Shown piece after piece: positions 1-12,800 of a DNA stretch of 64,000 nt; the first letter of the stretch is position 1; every line of letters begins with the position of its first letter. The DNA is from Mobula hypostoma (Eukaryota): the NCBI RefSeq assembly GCF_963921235.1, contig NC_086118.1, positions 25,236,001 through 25,300,000 of the forward strand, given 5' to 3'. The position numbers and the translations under genes were made by a program. The notes under the pieces were generated by a model. The model did not search any database. It was not told where the DNA came from and worked only from the letters and a program-made list of their open reading frames with translations.

Positions 1-58
1 CCGCATAGACTAGATGGGCCAAATGGCCTGTTTCTGCACTGTTGTACTCTATGACTTT
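1..58 (+). mobile_element. CR1 LINE 3' end
   Basis: gactagatgggccaaatggcctgtttctg...actctatgact, the CR1 3' UTR and tail seen repeatedly in this window. Confidence 0.6.
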
Positions 59-281
59 ATAAACCACTCACTGAAGTATTCATGCATTATGGATTTGTAA
101 CTGATACTTGTAAAATAATTAAGTTTTTTAAAGCTAAATCTGAAGCAAATTTTGTACAAGAGAAACCTTTCCTATATTTGTTTTATATTAATGATTATTC
201 TCCCTAGTGGTATAAAAAGTGTCAAATGTACTGTGATAAGAATGGTCAAGTCACTTGACTTCCGGAAATCTTATTACCTAC

Positions 282-441
282 CCGAGTCCGTTGTTCTCTT
301 TAATGGAGCACTGTAATTGTGCAGAAATTGGGCAGATGTTAAAAGTTGCCTAGATTCCACAAGACGAGCAATCAGATTCTGAGGAATAATCAGCTCTGGG
401 GCATCATCCAGCACAGAATCGTTTGGCTTGTTGGGGGATTC
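282..441 (-). CDS. tex47: tex47 exon 6: ESPNKPNDSVLDDAPELIIPQNLIARLVESRQLLTSAQFLHNYSAPLKRTTDS
   Basis: ttttattcctctgtgcag| acceptor, phase 0. APELIIPQ...FLHNYSAP...DS resembles human APDLLLPEQ...FINMYNRP...LDS (recalled). Probable donor G|gtaggt at 281; read-through reaches TAA at 274-276. Confidence 0.88.
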
Positions 442-1299
442 CTGCACAGAGGAATAAAAGAATGTAAATGAGAGGCAAAATGGTAAAAGATAGGCAGTGC
501 ATCGAAAGTGCTCCCTCCAGATATCGAGTGAGTGATAAAGGCAGCTTTTAAGGTTACCTTCAGAAACCTCAATCTCCAAATTATTTGCCAGCATTATAAT
601 TCCAAATCAAAATAGCAAGAAATCTCAGATTTGAGCTGATCTAAGGAGGCAACATACAACAGTAACTTTGTACAGCATTTTTCACTTAGAATAACTAGTT
701 GCTTTACAAAAATTACAATCAAAATGTCTGGAGTTTATGTATACTACTTTGTTCAAAACATGTTAATGTCTCTACTAAATGGATAAATGGAGTAACTTTA
801 GACAAAACCTGTGGCTAATTTTCTGTGTCGGGGAAACTCATTAACCCAATACAGTCCTTCACCAACAAATATAGCCAGAAGTGCTGCCTGTGACCCACCC
901 ATTTCTGTATATACCTGGTCCAGATACTAGTGCATTGGGCCTGGACATCCATGACTCCAAGGGCACTGACTCAGCAAGGGCAGGACTTCTGTCAATGCAG
1001 TGTAGAGGACAAGCCCATGAAATTATTGATAGCTGGCTAAAGACCGTTCCCAACACTTCATGCCTGTAAAGGCTGTGAGAAATTTTTAAATAGCATTTAA
1101 ATGCCCTTGACATTTAGAGCTATGAACAAATTAATGACATTTACGTAAATAATTAAATGTTTAAAACTATGGATTACTTGTGGAATAAGTAAAATTAACT
1201 AAAATCATCCAAAACATATTAATAATTGAACATATTATGAAGAGAAGTCATGCTTTGTAGTGTTTTACATTCCTCTTTGTTTCTTTTATCTTTGGCTTG

Positions 1300-2592
1300 A
1301 CATAGAACATAAACCAGTCCAGCACATTAAAGTCTCTTCAGCCCATGATGCTGTGCCAAACATTTAACCTACTCCACAGTTAATCTGCCCCTTCCCTCCC
1401 ACGTAGCGTCCCATTTTTCTTTCATCTATGTGCCTACGTGTCATTTAGGCTCCATGTCATTTAGAGTCCCTCTTCCACCATCCCTAGCAAAACATTCCAT
1501 TCTCCCCCCACTATCAGTAAAAAACATTCCTGACATTCCCTCTATATTTTCCTCCAATCAATTTAAAAGTAATCCACTCATGTTGGCCACTGCAACCCAG
1601 GGAAAAAGTCACTGTCTGTGTCTCTTATCATCTTGTACACTTATATCAAGTCACCTCTTATTTTCCTTCTGTCCAAAGGGAAAGGCCTGGCTCGCTCAAC
1701 CTATCCTCATAAGATATGCTCGCTAATCCATGTAGCATCCATGTAAGTATCCTCTGGGCCCTCGCTAAAGCTTCTACAACCTTCCTATAATGAGGCAACT
1801 AGAACTGAACACAATACTCTGCGAGTGGTCTAATCGGAGTTTTATAGAGCTGCGATATAACCTCACGACTCTTGCATTCAATCCTCTGACTAATGAAGGC
1901 CAACACACCATATGCCTTCTTAACCACCCTGTCAACATGGGCAGCAGCTTTAAGTGATCTATGGACATGAACCCCAAGATCCCTCTATTCCTCCACGCTG
2001 CTAAGAATCCTGCCAGTAACCTTCTACTCTGCCTCAAGTTCAACCTTTTGAAGTGTATCACTTCACATTTTTCTGGATGAAACTCCATCTCCCACTTCTC
2101 AGTCCAGTTCATTTTTCATTGATTCTATTTTATTACTCTGTTCTACTGCGAATGTCTGCAAGAAAATTAATCTTAAACTCCTATATGTGACATATACTGT
2201 ACCTACTTTTATAATAAATTTACTTTGAACTTTAAATAGTTCTGCATCTTGTCAATGACAAACTTCTATTCTACCTGCAACACCTCCAGTCTTCTTGTCT
2301 TCTGCAAACATAGTAAGCCACCTTTCCACTTCCTCATCCAAGACAATTTTAAGAATCACAATGAACAGGAGCCTGGAGCAGATCCTCATGGAGCATAACT
2401 GTTCACTGACCTCTAAGCAGAATCCACTCCAACTACTACCACCTGCAATGAGCAAGCCCATTTCTGAATCAACACAGCCTAGCTTCCCTGGATTCCATGC
2501 TCCTGACCTCCTGAATGAGTCTACCATAGAGACTCTCGTCAAAACCCTTACTGAAATCCATATAGACAACATCACCTACTCTACCTTAATCA
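1300..2592 (-). mobile_element. Degenerate CR1 LINE (RT C-terminal half plus 3' UTR), interrupted at about 2112-2235 by the 3' end of another LINE
   Basis: ORF fragments WTEKWEMEFHPEKCEVIHF and MFAEDKKTGG; 3' tail near 1302. Confidence 0.8.
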
Positions 2593-2594
2593 AT

Positions 2595-3660
2595 TTGGAG
2601 GAAAATATAGGGGGGGTGTCAGAGGTAGTTTTTTGGTGGGTGCGTGAAACGCACTGCCAGGGGTAGAGATCACAGGCAGATACTAACAGGACTCATTGAT
2701 AGGCACATGGGTGAACGAAAAATGGAAGGCAATGTGGGAGGGAAAGGTTAGATCGACTGTGGAGTAGTTCACGATGTCAACACAATATCGTGAGTAGAGG
2801 GCCCGTAGTGTGCGCTACTGTTCTATGTTCTCTAGCCGGTGTCTCCAGAATGATAGCAGGCTGTGGGGTGGAGGCATGGTAACTGACAATGGGAAATTAC
2901 TCTTCCCTGCAGTCTGTGTGTTACCGATGTCTAGCTACTTGGAAATTGCACCCTCACTTGGAAGTGTGGAGGAGCAGAGGGATCTGGGGGAACTTGTCCA
3001 CAAATCCCTGAAAGTTGCCTCACAGGTAGGTAGGGTAGTTAAGAGAGTTTATGGAGTGCTAACTTTCATAAGTCGAGGGATAGAGTTTAAGAGTCGTGGG
3101 GTAACAATGCAGCTCTATAAAACTCTGGTTAGGCCACACTTGGAGTACCTGCGTCCAGTTCTGGTCACCTCACTATAGGAAGGATGTGGAAGCATTGGAA
3201 AGGGTACAGAGGAGATTTACCAGGATGCTGCCTGATTTAGAGAGTATGCATTATGATCAGAGATTAAGGGAGCTAGGGCTTTACTCTCTGGAGAGAAAAA
3301 GGATGAGAGGAGACATGACAGAGGTGTACAAGATATTAAGAGAAATAGATTGAGTGGGTAGCCAGCGCCTCTTCCCCAGGGCACCACTGCTCAATACAAG
3401 AGGACATGGCTTTAAGGTAAGGGGTGGGAAGTTCAAGGGGGATATTAGAGGAAGGTTTTTTACTCAGAGAGTGGTTGGTGCGTGGAATGCACTGCCTGAG
3501 TCAGTGGTGGAGGCAGATACACTAGTGAAATTTAAGAGACTACTGGACAGGTATATGGAGGAATTTAAGGTGGAGGGGGTTATATGGAAGGCAGGGTTTA
3601 AGGGATGGCACAACACTGTGGGCTGAAGGGCCTGTACTGTTCAATGTTCTATGTTCTATT
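2595..3660 (+). mobile_element. CR1 LINE 3' fragments
   Basis: LYKTLVRPHLEY and RGRFFTQRVVGAWNALP motifs; ttctatgttct tails at about 2830 and 3655. Confidence 0.85.
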
Positions 3661-4174
3661 AAGGCTGAACACCTTCTCTTGTGCTGCACAGCCAAGTGGG
3701 GGATTTGATTACAATGCTAATACACTCTTTGGAACTCCAGAATTTGCAACTCAACATGTCTTTTCAGGTGGAAAGCACACTAATGGTGATGCATATTTGT
3801 TTTTAAACAGTTCGTGATTAACTTTGCTCTCTGATTTTGTGTTCATATATATTACACTAAATAAAATTCAACTTCTAGATGTACTGTATGTATTTATCTC
3901 TGGAGTTGATTTTTTAGATTATAAGTTTTTAAAGATCGGCTCCTTCTGTTTTGATTAATTTACAGTACTGGGCTCGATCCATAACATGGTCTGGAATCTA
4001 AAATGAGGATCAAGCATTTGGATTTGCTGTACGACCGTCAGATCAGCAGCAATGTGTCACTGCTTCGCTGGTGCAGCAGAACTAGAAATGAAAGTAATCT
4101 GTGATTAATCTATTATGCTTATGTATGATGGACATTTGTACATCTCCTTTCGATTTTGAAAACATGGCATATGT

Positions 4175-4688
4175 GGTTTTTGTCCATCGTGTCCAATGAT
4201 GACAGGAAGACTGTACGGGAGAGTTTTTACAGTAGAAAAACTATTGCACTGGGGCAGTTTCATTCTCTCAACCTCAGAAGTCCAGGTCCAGTGGTACAAA
4301 CAAGCATCACAAACTGGCGTCTTTCTCAGTTGCAGTGGATGACCATGACATCTTCTGTGCCTTGCCGTGCTCTTCGCTCTCCACAGAGTGTTGCAGAACT
4401 GCTATCCTGGGCACCGGATCTCACTGTAGATCCGATCCACCCTGTCCACCGGGGCTGGCTTCGCATGCTAGGACAGGCACATCCCTATCTCATCTGGCTG
4501 TGAGGCCGCCAGCTACCCTCACCTGCTTCAGCCCGCCCATTGAAGCGGTGTACCAGGGTGTGCCCGCTGTCACATGCAAACAGCTGAGGGCTGAGTGCCC
4601 AGTGGAGACCAAAGGTGAGTGAGCTGTCCAGAAATGGACACAACCAGCTCCTTCACCAGAGCTGCTACCCCTCCCTGGACATCCCATA
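4175..4688 (-). mobile_element. Non-autonomous RTE-related interspersed element (SINE-like)
   Basis: GC-rich about 510-bp non-coding block. On the minus strand it begins gatgtccagggaggggtagc and ends catcattggacacgatggac, resembling RTE-type termini. Family assignment is from recall. Confidence 0.4.
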
Positions 4689-4694
4689 CCAAAC

Positions 4695-5245
4695 ACACAT
4701 ATGAAGCCACACTCAGGTTGGAGGAACAACACCTTATATTCCATCTGGGTAGCCTCCAACCTGATGGCATGAACATAGACTTCTCAAACTTCAGCTAATT
4801 CCCCACCTCCCCCTCATACCCCATCCATTATTTATTTTTATATATACACACACACACATTCTTTTTCTCTCTCTCCTTTTTCTCCCTCTGTCCCTCTCAA
4901 TATACCCTTTGCCCATCCTCTGGGCTTTCCCCCCCCCTCCACTTTTTCTTTCTCCCTAGGCCTCCTGTCCCATGATCCTCTCATATCCCTTTTGCCAATC
5001 AACTGGCCAGCTCTTGGCTCCATCCTTCCCCCTCCTGTCTTCTCCTATCATTTCCGATCCCTCCCCCCACTTTCAAATCTCTTACTAACTCTTCTCTCAG
5101 TTAGTCCTGATGAAGGATCTCAGCCCGAAACGTCGACTGTACCTCTTCCTAGAGATGCTGCCTGGCCTGCTGCGTTCACCAGCAACTTTTATGTGTGTTG
5201 CTTGAAATTCCAGCATCTGCAGTTTTCCTCATGTTTGCATTTTAA
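4695..5245 (+). mobile_element. Penelope-like element 3' part: GIY-YIG C-terminus plus pseudo-LTR
   Basis: Encodes EATLRLEEQHLIFHLGSLQPDGMNIDFSNF; pyrimidine-rich tract; hammerhead core at 5103-5138. Confidence 0.85.
5103..5138 (+). ncRNA. Minimal type I hammerhead ribozyme (Penelope pLTR)
   Basis: agtc-CTGATGA-stem II-GAAAC-GTC-gact. Catalytic core intact, with one mismatch in stem II. Confidence 0.75.
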
Positions 5246-5761
5246 AACCCCATACCAAAGCCTTCTTTAAAAGTCCGTAGATATATTTAATTTAAAAAAT
5301 TTTGTCATAAAGAGAAAAAGGTAAGATTTCCATAAAGTTAGTAAAACTGCACTGCACCTGTCTATTATCAGACTGGTATATCATCACTCAAATAACACAT
5401 TTAAAGAGAAACGCAAGAAGCTTGAGCAACACACACAAAATGCCAGAAGAATTAAGAGAATATCTGGTAACATTTTAAAAATTATATAGCTCACATGCAC
5501 TTGCTTTTAATTATAAATAGTGATGATGATCAAAAATATACTTATCTAACATTTATTCCATTACATTCGACCCAAATGTGTGTTTTTATTGATGGCATCC
5601 TAACTAATCATATATTTCCCCTATTTGAGTTGTTTATTTTTCCTATCTATCCAAATCCTTGAATGATTAAAATGTCTATTTTGCTACCAGATCTCATTGG
5701 GCCATTTGGATTCTCTAACTGTATAATATTATCCACAATTTTCCACTATCAGTCGTATGAT

Positions 5762-5998
5762 AGAGGGTTGTGGTTCTGTGGAATGCTCTCTCTCAGAAGG
5801 CAGTGGAGGATTCTCTGGATTCTTTCAAGAAAGAGTTAGATAGAGCTCTTAAAGATAGCGGAGTGAAGGGATATGGGGAGAAGGCAGGAACAGGGTACTG
5901 ATTGTGGATGATCAGCCATGATCACAGTGAATGGTGGTGCTGGCTCAAAGGGCTGAATGGCCTACTCCTCCACCTATTGTCTATAGTCTATTGTCTAT
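5762..5998 (+). mobile_element. CR1 LINE 3' end
   Basis: tggaatgctctc...gggctgaatggcctactcct followed by a (tattgtc)-like tail. Confidence 0.8.
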
Positions 5999-6164
5999 TA
6001 TATGAATATGATTTAGAGAAACAATTTATTATCTTGTCCTCTTGAAGGGTTTCCAGCATACCTGTCTTATTTAAATTTCCTGATGTTAACACAGAAGTTA
6101 GAAATTCTAAATAGAAGGCAGCAGCCTTGTTTTTACCTGCTATGTTTTGTTTAGAACTTGCAAT

Positions 6165-6310
6165 CAATTGACTCCTCACCAATCCCTACCTCACCGTCAA
6201 ACCCGCAGACAAAGGGGGTGCTGTTGCATTGTGGCCAACTGACCTCTTCCTTGTTGAGGCCCAGCGGCAACTCTCAGACACCTCCTCTTACTTACCCCTT
6301 GGAAAGGACC
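6165..6310 (+). mobile_element. Penelope-like RT fragment
   Basis: Translates LTVKPADKGGAVALW, the PLE RT KPADKG motif. Confidence 0.65.
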
Positions 6311-7124
6311 AGTCAGACCAATGAATCAGACTAATATAAATACAAGCACTCAGCAGAAACAACACCCAAATGCACAATGATGATGTCACCTCGACTGCTG
6401 ACGGAACGTCTGCAACCTAACCTTCAGGCTTGGCAAACAACCCAACAAACAAGTGGCCAACCCGAGCTACCAATCTTCTCTTTCATTTCTCTTCTGTATT
6501 GTTTAAATTAATTAATTAGTTATTCATTATGTAGCTTTTTGTTATGTAGGTAGATGTAAAATAAAGTATAGGTTAAAGGATCGAGGCTGCTGTACCATTC
6601 AATCATGGTTGGCTTTTTTTCCCACCTCCATTCTCCCTCCTTCTCCCTGTAGCCCTTTACTAATCAAGAACCTACCAATCTCTGCATTAAGTACACCAAA
6701 TGACATGGCCTCGACAGCCCTACGTGGAACAAGCAAATCTTATTTTGCACAAATAAATCTCAGCAGCAACATTGAGATAAACGAGCAGTGTTTCAGCACA
6801 TTGGTTGCAGGTTAAATGTTAGCTGGGATACTGAAATAAATCCATCGCTCCTCAAGGGATCTCATTCAATCTTGGACATTCACTTGGCCATGGAAATAGT
6901 ACTTTCCCAAGCATCTCATCTGAAACATGACGCTTCCAAGTTGGCTGTAATCCTTTAGGACCATGGAGCATTTATGTAAATCTTACAAAATGAATTGAAC
7001 CTACAGCATCCAATTGAAAAATATGGGTTTTGAACCAAGCTGACATGGATCCATATTGACTTTATTAATAAATAATAATATGATCTTGATGATTATTCCC
7101 CCAATACCAGACCAGGTAGAATGT

Positions 7125-7895
7125 AAGAACATCAGAAAGTAGGAGTAAGAGTAGGCCATTGGGCCTCTCATTCAGGCTTCACCATTCAACATCATCATGG
7201 CTGATATGCCACAGAACTCATTTCCCCTTCTGCGCCAGATCCCCAGAACTCTTAATTTCCTATCTTTCAAAAAGTTATCTACTTCTTTAAAATTCCCAAT
7301 CTAACGTCCCCAACCCTCAGGGGGTACAAATTACCAGAGGTTCGCCACCCTTCACAAGCACAGCTTCCCCTGCACCTTAACTTCAAATGCCCACGTACCC
7401 ACAAGAAAGGTATTAATATGGATATAAGAGTGCAGACAAAGTTACAAGGATATTGCCAGGTTTTGAAGACCTGAGATACGGAAAGATTGAATAGGTTAAG
7501 ACTTTATTCCCTGGAGTGCAGGAGAATAAGGGGAGATTTTATAGAAGTATACAAAATTATGAAGGGTATAAACAGGGTGAATGCCTGCAAGCATTTTCTC
7601 CTCAGTTTGGATGGGAATAGAACTAGAGGTCATAGGTCAAGGGCAAATGGTGAAATATTTTAGGGGAATCTGAGGAGGAACCTCTTCACTCAGAGTGTGG
7701 AATGAGTTGCCAGAAGAAGTGATAGATGCAGATTCAATTGTGACATTTAAGGGAAGTTTGAAGAGGTACATGAATGAGAGGGGTATGGAGGGCTATGGTC
7801 CAGGGCCCTGGTAGATGGACTCAACAAAAGACCAGGGTGGCATAGATTAGATTCACCAAAGTACCTATTTCTAATACGGTGGTGCTTTTACTCTA
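7125..7895. mobile_element. Two old CR1 3' fragments (minus about 7125-7395, plus about 7400-7895)
   Basis: CR1 3' UTR motifs (aggagtaggccatt; actagaggtcatagg...tggaatgagttgccag). Confidence 0.7.
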
Positions 7896-8823
7896 AGACA
7901 ACCCCTTATCCTGTAACTGTGTCTTGTCCTCCAATAATTGAAACATCACAATATCTGTCTGTCATGGTCTAATTCTGCTCCTATGTTTTATGGTCTTATG
8001 TCCCCTCAGGCGCTAATATTTTCAATACAATCAACATTTATTATCTAGATTTCAAAGAATGTGGATCTAATTTCTTTAGTTACTCATGAAATGGTTTAAG
8101 TCACGTGCAAAACAGGCTTCTGAGAAATAATTTACGTGTAGTTCTTCCAGTTACTGAGGATACATTAATGAAATCATACAAGATTGCGATGACTATGTAA
8201 AACACCTTCAGTCATTCTGCTTGGATAACTGTGAGCTTCCAGTTGCCTATTGCCTTCATCCTCCATTCTCCTCCCACACTGACCTCCCTCTTTGGCCTCC
8301 AACACTGTTTCAACGAAACCCAATGTAAGCTCAAGGAACAACATCTTATCTTCCACCCAGACATGTTGTACCCCTCAGGAGTTAATAATTAATACAATTT
8401 CAGATGACCAGCCTTTCCAGATCGCATTAGAACTGACCAATATTCCCAGCATTTTACATTTTTATTTTGTATTAATACAATTTTTCTTTCATGAACTATC
8501 AACAAATTTAATGAAAAAAATGCTGAAATGGTAAGTGTAATTTTAACATGCTCCATTGATTTCCATAGCAGCACAGACAATACATGGCAGCTGTTCATGA
8601 GATTTTCACGTAGCAATACAATGGAACAGTTCTCGCTGAACATTATAATGGATGACAATAGTATAGAACAGAAAAAATATTAGACAAAAAGCAAAATATT
8701 TTTTTAGTTAGGCTGAGGGATGGTACAGAAGATTAAAAAAGGAGAAGTTTCTGATGTATTTAATATTTAAAAACTAGCCAACTGAAGCCAAATTTTAAAA
8801 CAAATTTCATGTCAAATGGATAC

Positions 8824-9025
8824 CTTGTATACTTTCTGTATCCATAGTCCAAGTTTAAGAAGCAAAGTGAGGCTTTCACTGATGATCTTTTCTATTGGCT
8901 CCCTTCGCAAATTATCATCCAGTCGTTTTGCCAAGACATTCACAATTTTATACTCCCACTGCTGGAACAGTCTGCTGGGAACATTGTGAGACATCACCAG
9001 GACTTTGGACTCCAAAAGCAAAGTT
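8824..9025 (-). CDS. tex47: tex47 exon 5: TLLLESKVLVMSHNVPSRLFQQWEYKIVNVLAKRLDDNLRREPIEKIISESLTLLLKLGLWIQKVYK
   Basis: cttttgtttcag| acceptor and AAG|gtatcc donor. 202 nt, phase 2 to 0. SHNVPSRLFQQW resembles human SHNIPMRLFMQW (recalled). Confidence 0.93.
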
Positions 9026-9385
9026 CTGAAACAAAAGTGCAGCAGAAACTGGTAGAACTGTTTATATTATTATTCAAAACTGAAGATGTGTAGAAGGTAT
9101 ATCCGACAACAACAAGTTTAAAGAAGTTAGATGCCAACAGATGCAACAGGAACTGCCAAGTGTTATATTGAATATTACATCCCATTCAATACTTTTCAAG
9201 CAAGCACACTTAAACTATTTACATGTTGAATATTTAAGCTGTTTCCACAAACTAAATGTGGCAACGTTACATTATGGAAAAGCAAGCACACCAGATCTCA
9301 GCTTTTCAAAGAGTCATAATATGAACAGACGCATAGATGCAGAGAGAATAGTTTGGCCTTGCTTAAGACACACCATAACTTGTAC

Positions 9386-9450
9386 CTTTCTTGTTGTTTC
9401 TTCATGTCGCTTAGATCCTGGATCACTGAATACAACACATCATTCGAGGA
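9386..9450 (-). CDS. tex47: tex47 exon 4: SSNDVLYSVIQDLSDMKKQQE(R)
   Basis: ttccctatttgttcacag| acceptor and AG|gtacaa donor. 65 nt, phase 0 to 2. Resembles human SSSDTLYKVLLDY (recalled). Confidence 0.9.
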
Positions 9451-9608
9451 CTGTGAACAAATAGGGAAGATCAGCTAAATTAATTTTGTATCTGTCTGAA
9501 TGTATCTTTTTTTAAAGTGTTATATCAATGCTAGTACATTTTTGTAAATCGAATTATTCCAACTTTTCCCTGTTTTGGTGACACATCTGCCATTCAGCAT
9601 TGGCCAAG

Positions 9609-9623
9609 GTTGCTATGGGTAAC
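9609..9623. promoter_or_regulatory. Intronic RFX X-box-like motif GTTGCTATGGGTAAC
   Basis: Matches GTNRCY-N3-RGYAAC, in unique sequence about 160 bp upstream of exon 4. Confidence 0.4.
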
Positions 9624-9889
9624 AGCAAGTGCAAAAAGAATTTTTAGGAGCATAGTGTCCATCAGGTTGTATCATGACCCCCAGTGCAATATGATTTTAA
9701 AAAAATCACATTTCATGTACAAGTTAGGTCAAACAGAAACTAAGTTTCCACAATTGTCCGAACTAGTTAAAAGAGATATTCTGCTGTAAATGTTAGCAGG
9801 ATATCATGAGAGGTCACTTGCTGGTGATGCATCACGAGGCTTAGAAAGAGCTGCAGTGCTTTCGGCTCCTTTCAGCAGGGTGCAATCAG

Positions 9890-12800
9890 CTCAGTGCCAA
9901 TTTAAAAAAGGAAGGTGTAAATGGAGCGGCCATTGTGTGATTGGATAGCATTAGAGTGGCTAGGCTTTGACTCAACATACTTAGGTGAGAACAGGCCTGA
10001 GCAAGCACAGGCAGAGCTTCTAATTAAGTTCAAGAGTAGGTAAACTTTTTGTTTCTTTTTCTGTTAGTACATAGCTAGTTTGCTGACAATGGGTCCAGAT
10101 TTCATGCTATGTTCCTTGTGTGAGATGTAGGAACTCTGGGAGACCTACAGTCTCCCTGATAACTACATCTGCAAGAAGTGCACTGAGCTGCAGTTCTTTA
10201 GAGACCGTGTTAGTGAATTGGAGCTACAGCTTGATGACCTTCAACTTACACAGGAAAATTAGGAGGTAATAGATTGACTCTAAACTGTAACCGGTGATGA
10301 GGCTCTGACTGGGGACTTTCAGAGCTTTGGGGAAAGTGGAGTTACCCCTTAGTCATTCATTGGTCCCAGGGCCGCTCTGACCCAGAACGGTAGCACCTGC
10401 AAGGGTTCCTGCTCAGGATACGAGCGAAGGTCAATGGCAGATCCGGCAGGTTCAGTAACTGAACATATGACAGAGAAGGGGGATGAGCTGGGACCTCAAA
10501 TGTCAACAGCTTTAGTATAGGCGGATGAACATTTGAGAAGAGAAATGGCGATTTCTTTAATTCGCCCAACGGTAGGCAATAGCAAACAGCCGTTGCAATT
10601 TGCTAAGAAAACTATGGTCAAACTCACAAAATGTATCACACAACAACAGCGTCAGGTGGATCTTCAAGTTAACTCTGAAGATGTTTCACTCGGTAGGGTT
10701 GATTCTGGCCAGCAGGGGATCCCTGACCGTCATCAAGCTACTGCTCATAAAATTAAAGTAACACAAAAGAAAATTATTGCCACTTGGAATGTAAGAACTT
10801 TATATCAAGCAGGAAGATTGGACAATCTGTTAAATGAAATGGAAAGACTAAAGATTAACATCATGGAAATTAGCGAAGTCCGTTGGATAGGTGCTGGAAC
10901 ATGACAGATTAGAAATAAAACGCTAGTTTATTCTTGTGGAACATCCCATACTAATGCAGTAGGAATTCTTATGGATGAAAACATGACAAAAAGAGTTTTA
11001 GGACATTGGGCAATATCAGAAAGAGTGCTCCTTGTTAGATTCAGAGGACAACCATTTGATTTAGCAATTATACAGGTATATGCACCAACAACAGATGGAA
11101 CAAATGGAGATATAGATAAATTCTATGAAGAGCTTGAACAAGCAAAGAATGGATGCAAATCTCAAGATATTGCTATTGTCATGGAAGATCTAAATGCTAA
11201 AGTAGGACAAGGTGCTGATGGAAATACCATAGGAAAATTTGGACTAGGGGAAAGAAACGAAAGAGGTGAGAAATGGGTAGAATGGTGCAAGATGAATAAT
11301 CAGGTCATTATGAATACCTACTTTAAAAACCATCCAAGATGCTTGTCGACCTGGAAAAATCCAGGTGATAACACGAGACATTGAATTGACTTTACTACTA
11401 TAAACCAAAGATATAGAAACTCAGCGACTCAAAGCAAAATGTATCCAGGTGCAGACTGTAATAGTAACCTAACCCAATAGTATGTCATGTAAAAGTAAAA
11501 CTTAAAAAACTAAAGAAGCAAAAACCTGAACAATCCCTTGACTACTTGCAATTAATTAAAGAAGAAAACTTAAGACAAAAATTTACAATTGAAGTAAGGA
11601 ATAGATTTCAAAGTCTAAAAATAGAATCTGTTGAAGATGATAGCAGTCATGTAGAAATGAAATTTAACTCTCTAAAGGATGCCTTGGTAGAATCAGCAAA
11701 GTCAGTGATTCCTAAAAAAGAAAAAAGCACAAAGAATAAATGGATGACAGATGAAATCAAAAATCTAATGGAAGAAAGGAGACGGAGGAAAGCAAATCCT
11801 ATGGAATATAAATCCTTCAATTAAAAAGTTAAAAGCTTATATCAAAAAGCCAAAGAAGAATGGTTAAACCAGGAATGTGAGCAAATAGGAAGAATCCCTG
11901 TTACTGATCCAAAAAGGTTACATCAACAAATCAAGAATGTCACTGGTAAAAAGCTCCTCTGTTCTTCAGGTGGATGTTTGAAAGCAAAGGATGGTACCCT
12001 TATCATGGAAAAGGATGAGATTATGAACAGATGGACTGAGTATATTCAGGAATTGTTTGAAGACGATCGAGGCAAAAAAACAGAAATTAAGAAAAACATT
12101 GAAGGTCCAAGTATTTTAAAATCTGAAGTTTGTAATGCAATAAATAAGATGAAGATAGGAAAGGCAGCAGGTCCTGATGAATTAGTAATAGAACAAATTA
12201 TCGCCCTTGAAGATAATGAAATTGAAAAACTTACTGATTTAATCAATGGCATTTATGAGACTGGAATAATACCAGAAGAGATGAAAAAAATCAGTATTTA
12301 TCACTCTTGCTAAGAAACCTGAAAGTGAATTACATAGGACCATAAGCTTAATGAGTCATATCACCAAGATACTTCTAAGAATTTGGATGACAAGAGCTAA
12401 AAGTAAGATACAAGCCGAAATAGGTAAAGAACAATGTGGTTTTGTGAAAGACAAAGGTACAAGAAACGCAATATTGATGTTAAGGATACTATCAGATCGA
12501 GCTATTCAAGTGCAAAAAGATTTGTCTGTTTTATCAACTACACAAAAGCATTTGATAAAGTGAAGTATAATAAGTTATTTGAAATATTACAGAAAACTCT
12601 AGATCTAGATTCGAAAGACCTCCGCCTAATCAGAAATCTGTACTGGGAACAAACTGCCGCTGTAAGAATAGATGGAGAAATGAATCAGTTTACAAAAATC
12701 AAGAGAGGCGTTAGACAAGGGAGTGTTTTCTCCCCTGATTTGTTTAATGTGTACAGTGAAACAATATTACAAAAAATAAGAGACATCTTGGGAATCAAAG

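Noticed and set aside
915..1063. Minus-strand exon-like segment (cag|GCATGAAG...CCAG|gtatat) with one open frame
   Set aside because: Phase-incompatible with tex47 intron 5 (TGA at codon 2 in frame 0). Exons 5 and 6 already join directly and colinearly with TEX47.
6375..6415. Hammerhead-like atgatgatgtcacc...tgacggaacgtc
   Set aside because: Both the CUGA and GAAA boxes are mutated; at most a decayed PLE remnant.
10301..10360. HDV-like ribozyme at the RTE 5' end (GGCTCTG/CAGAGCT as P1)
   Set aside because: Only 12 nt separate the P1 strands, too few for P2+P3+L3. Kept only as a generic structured UTR.
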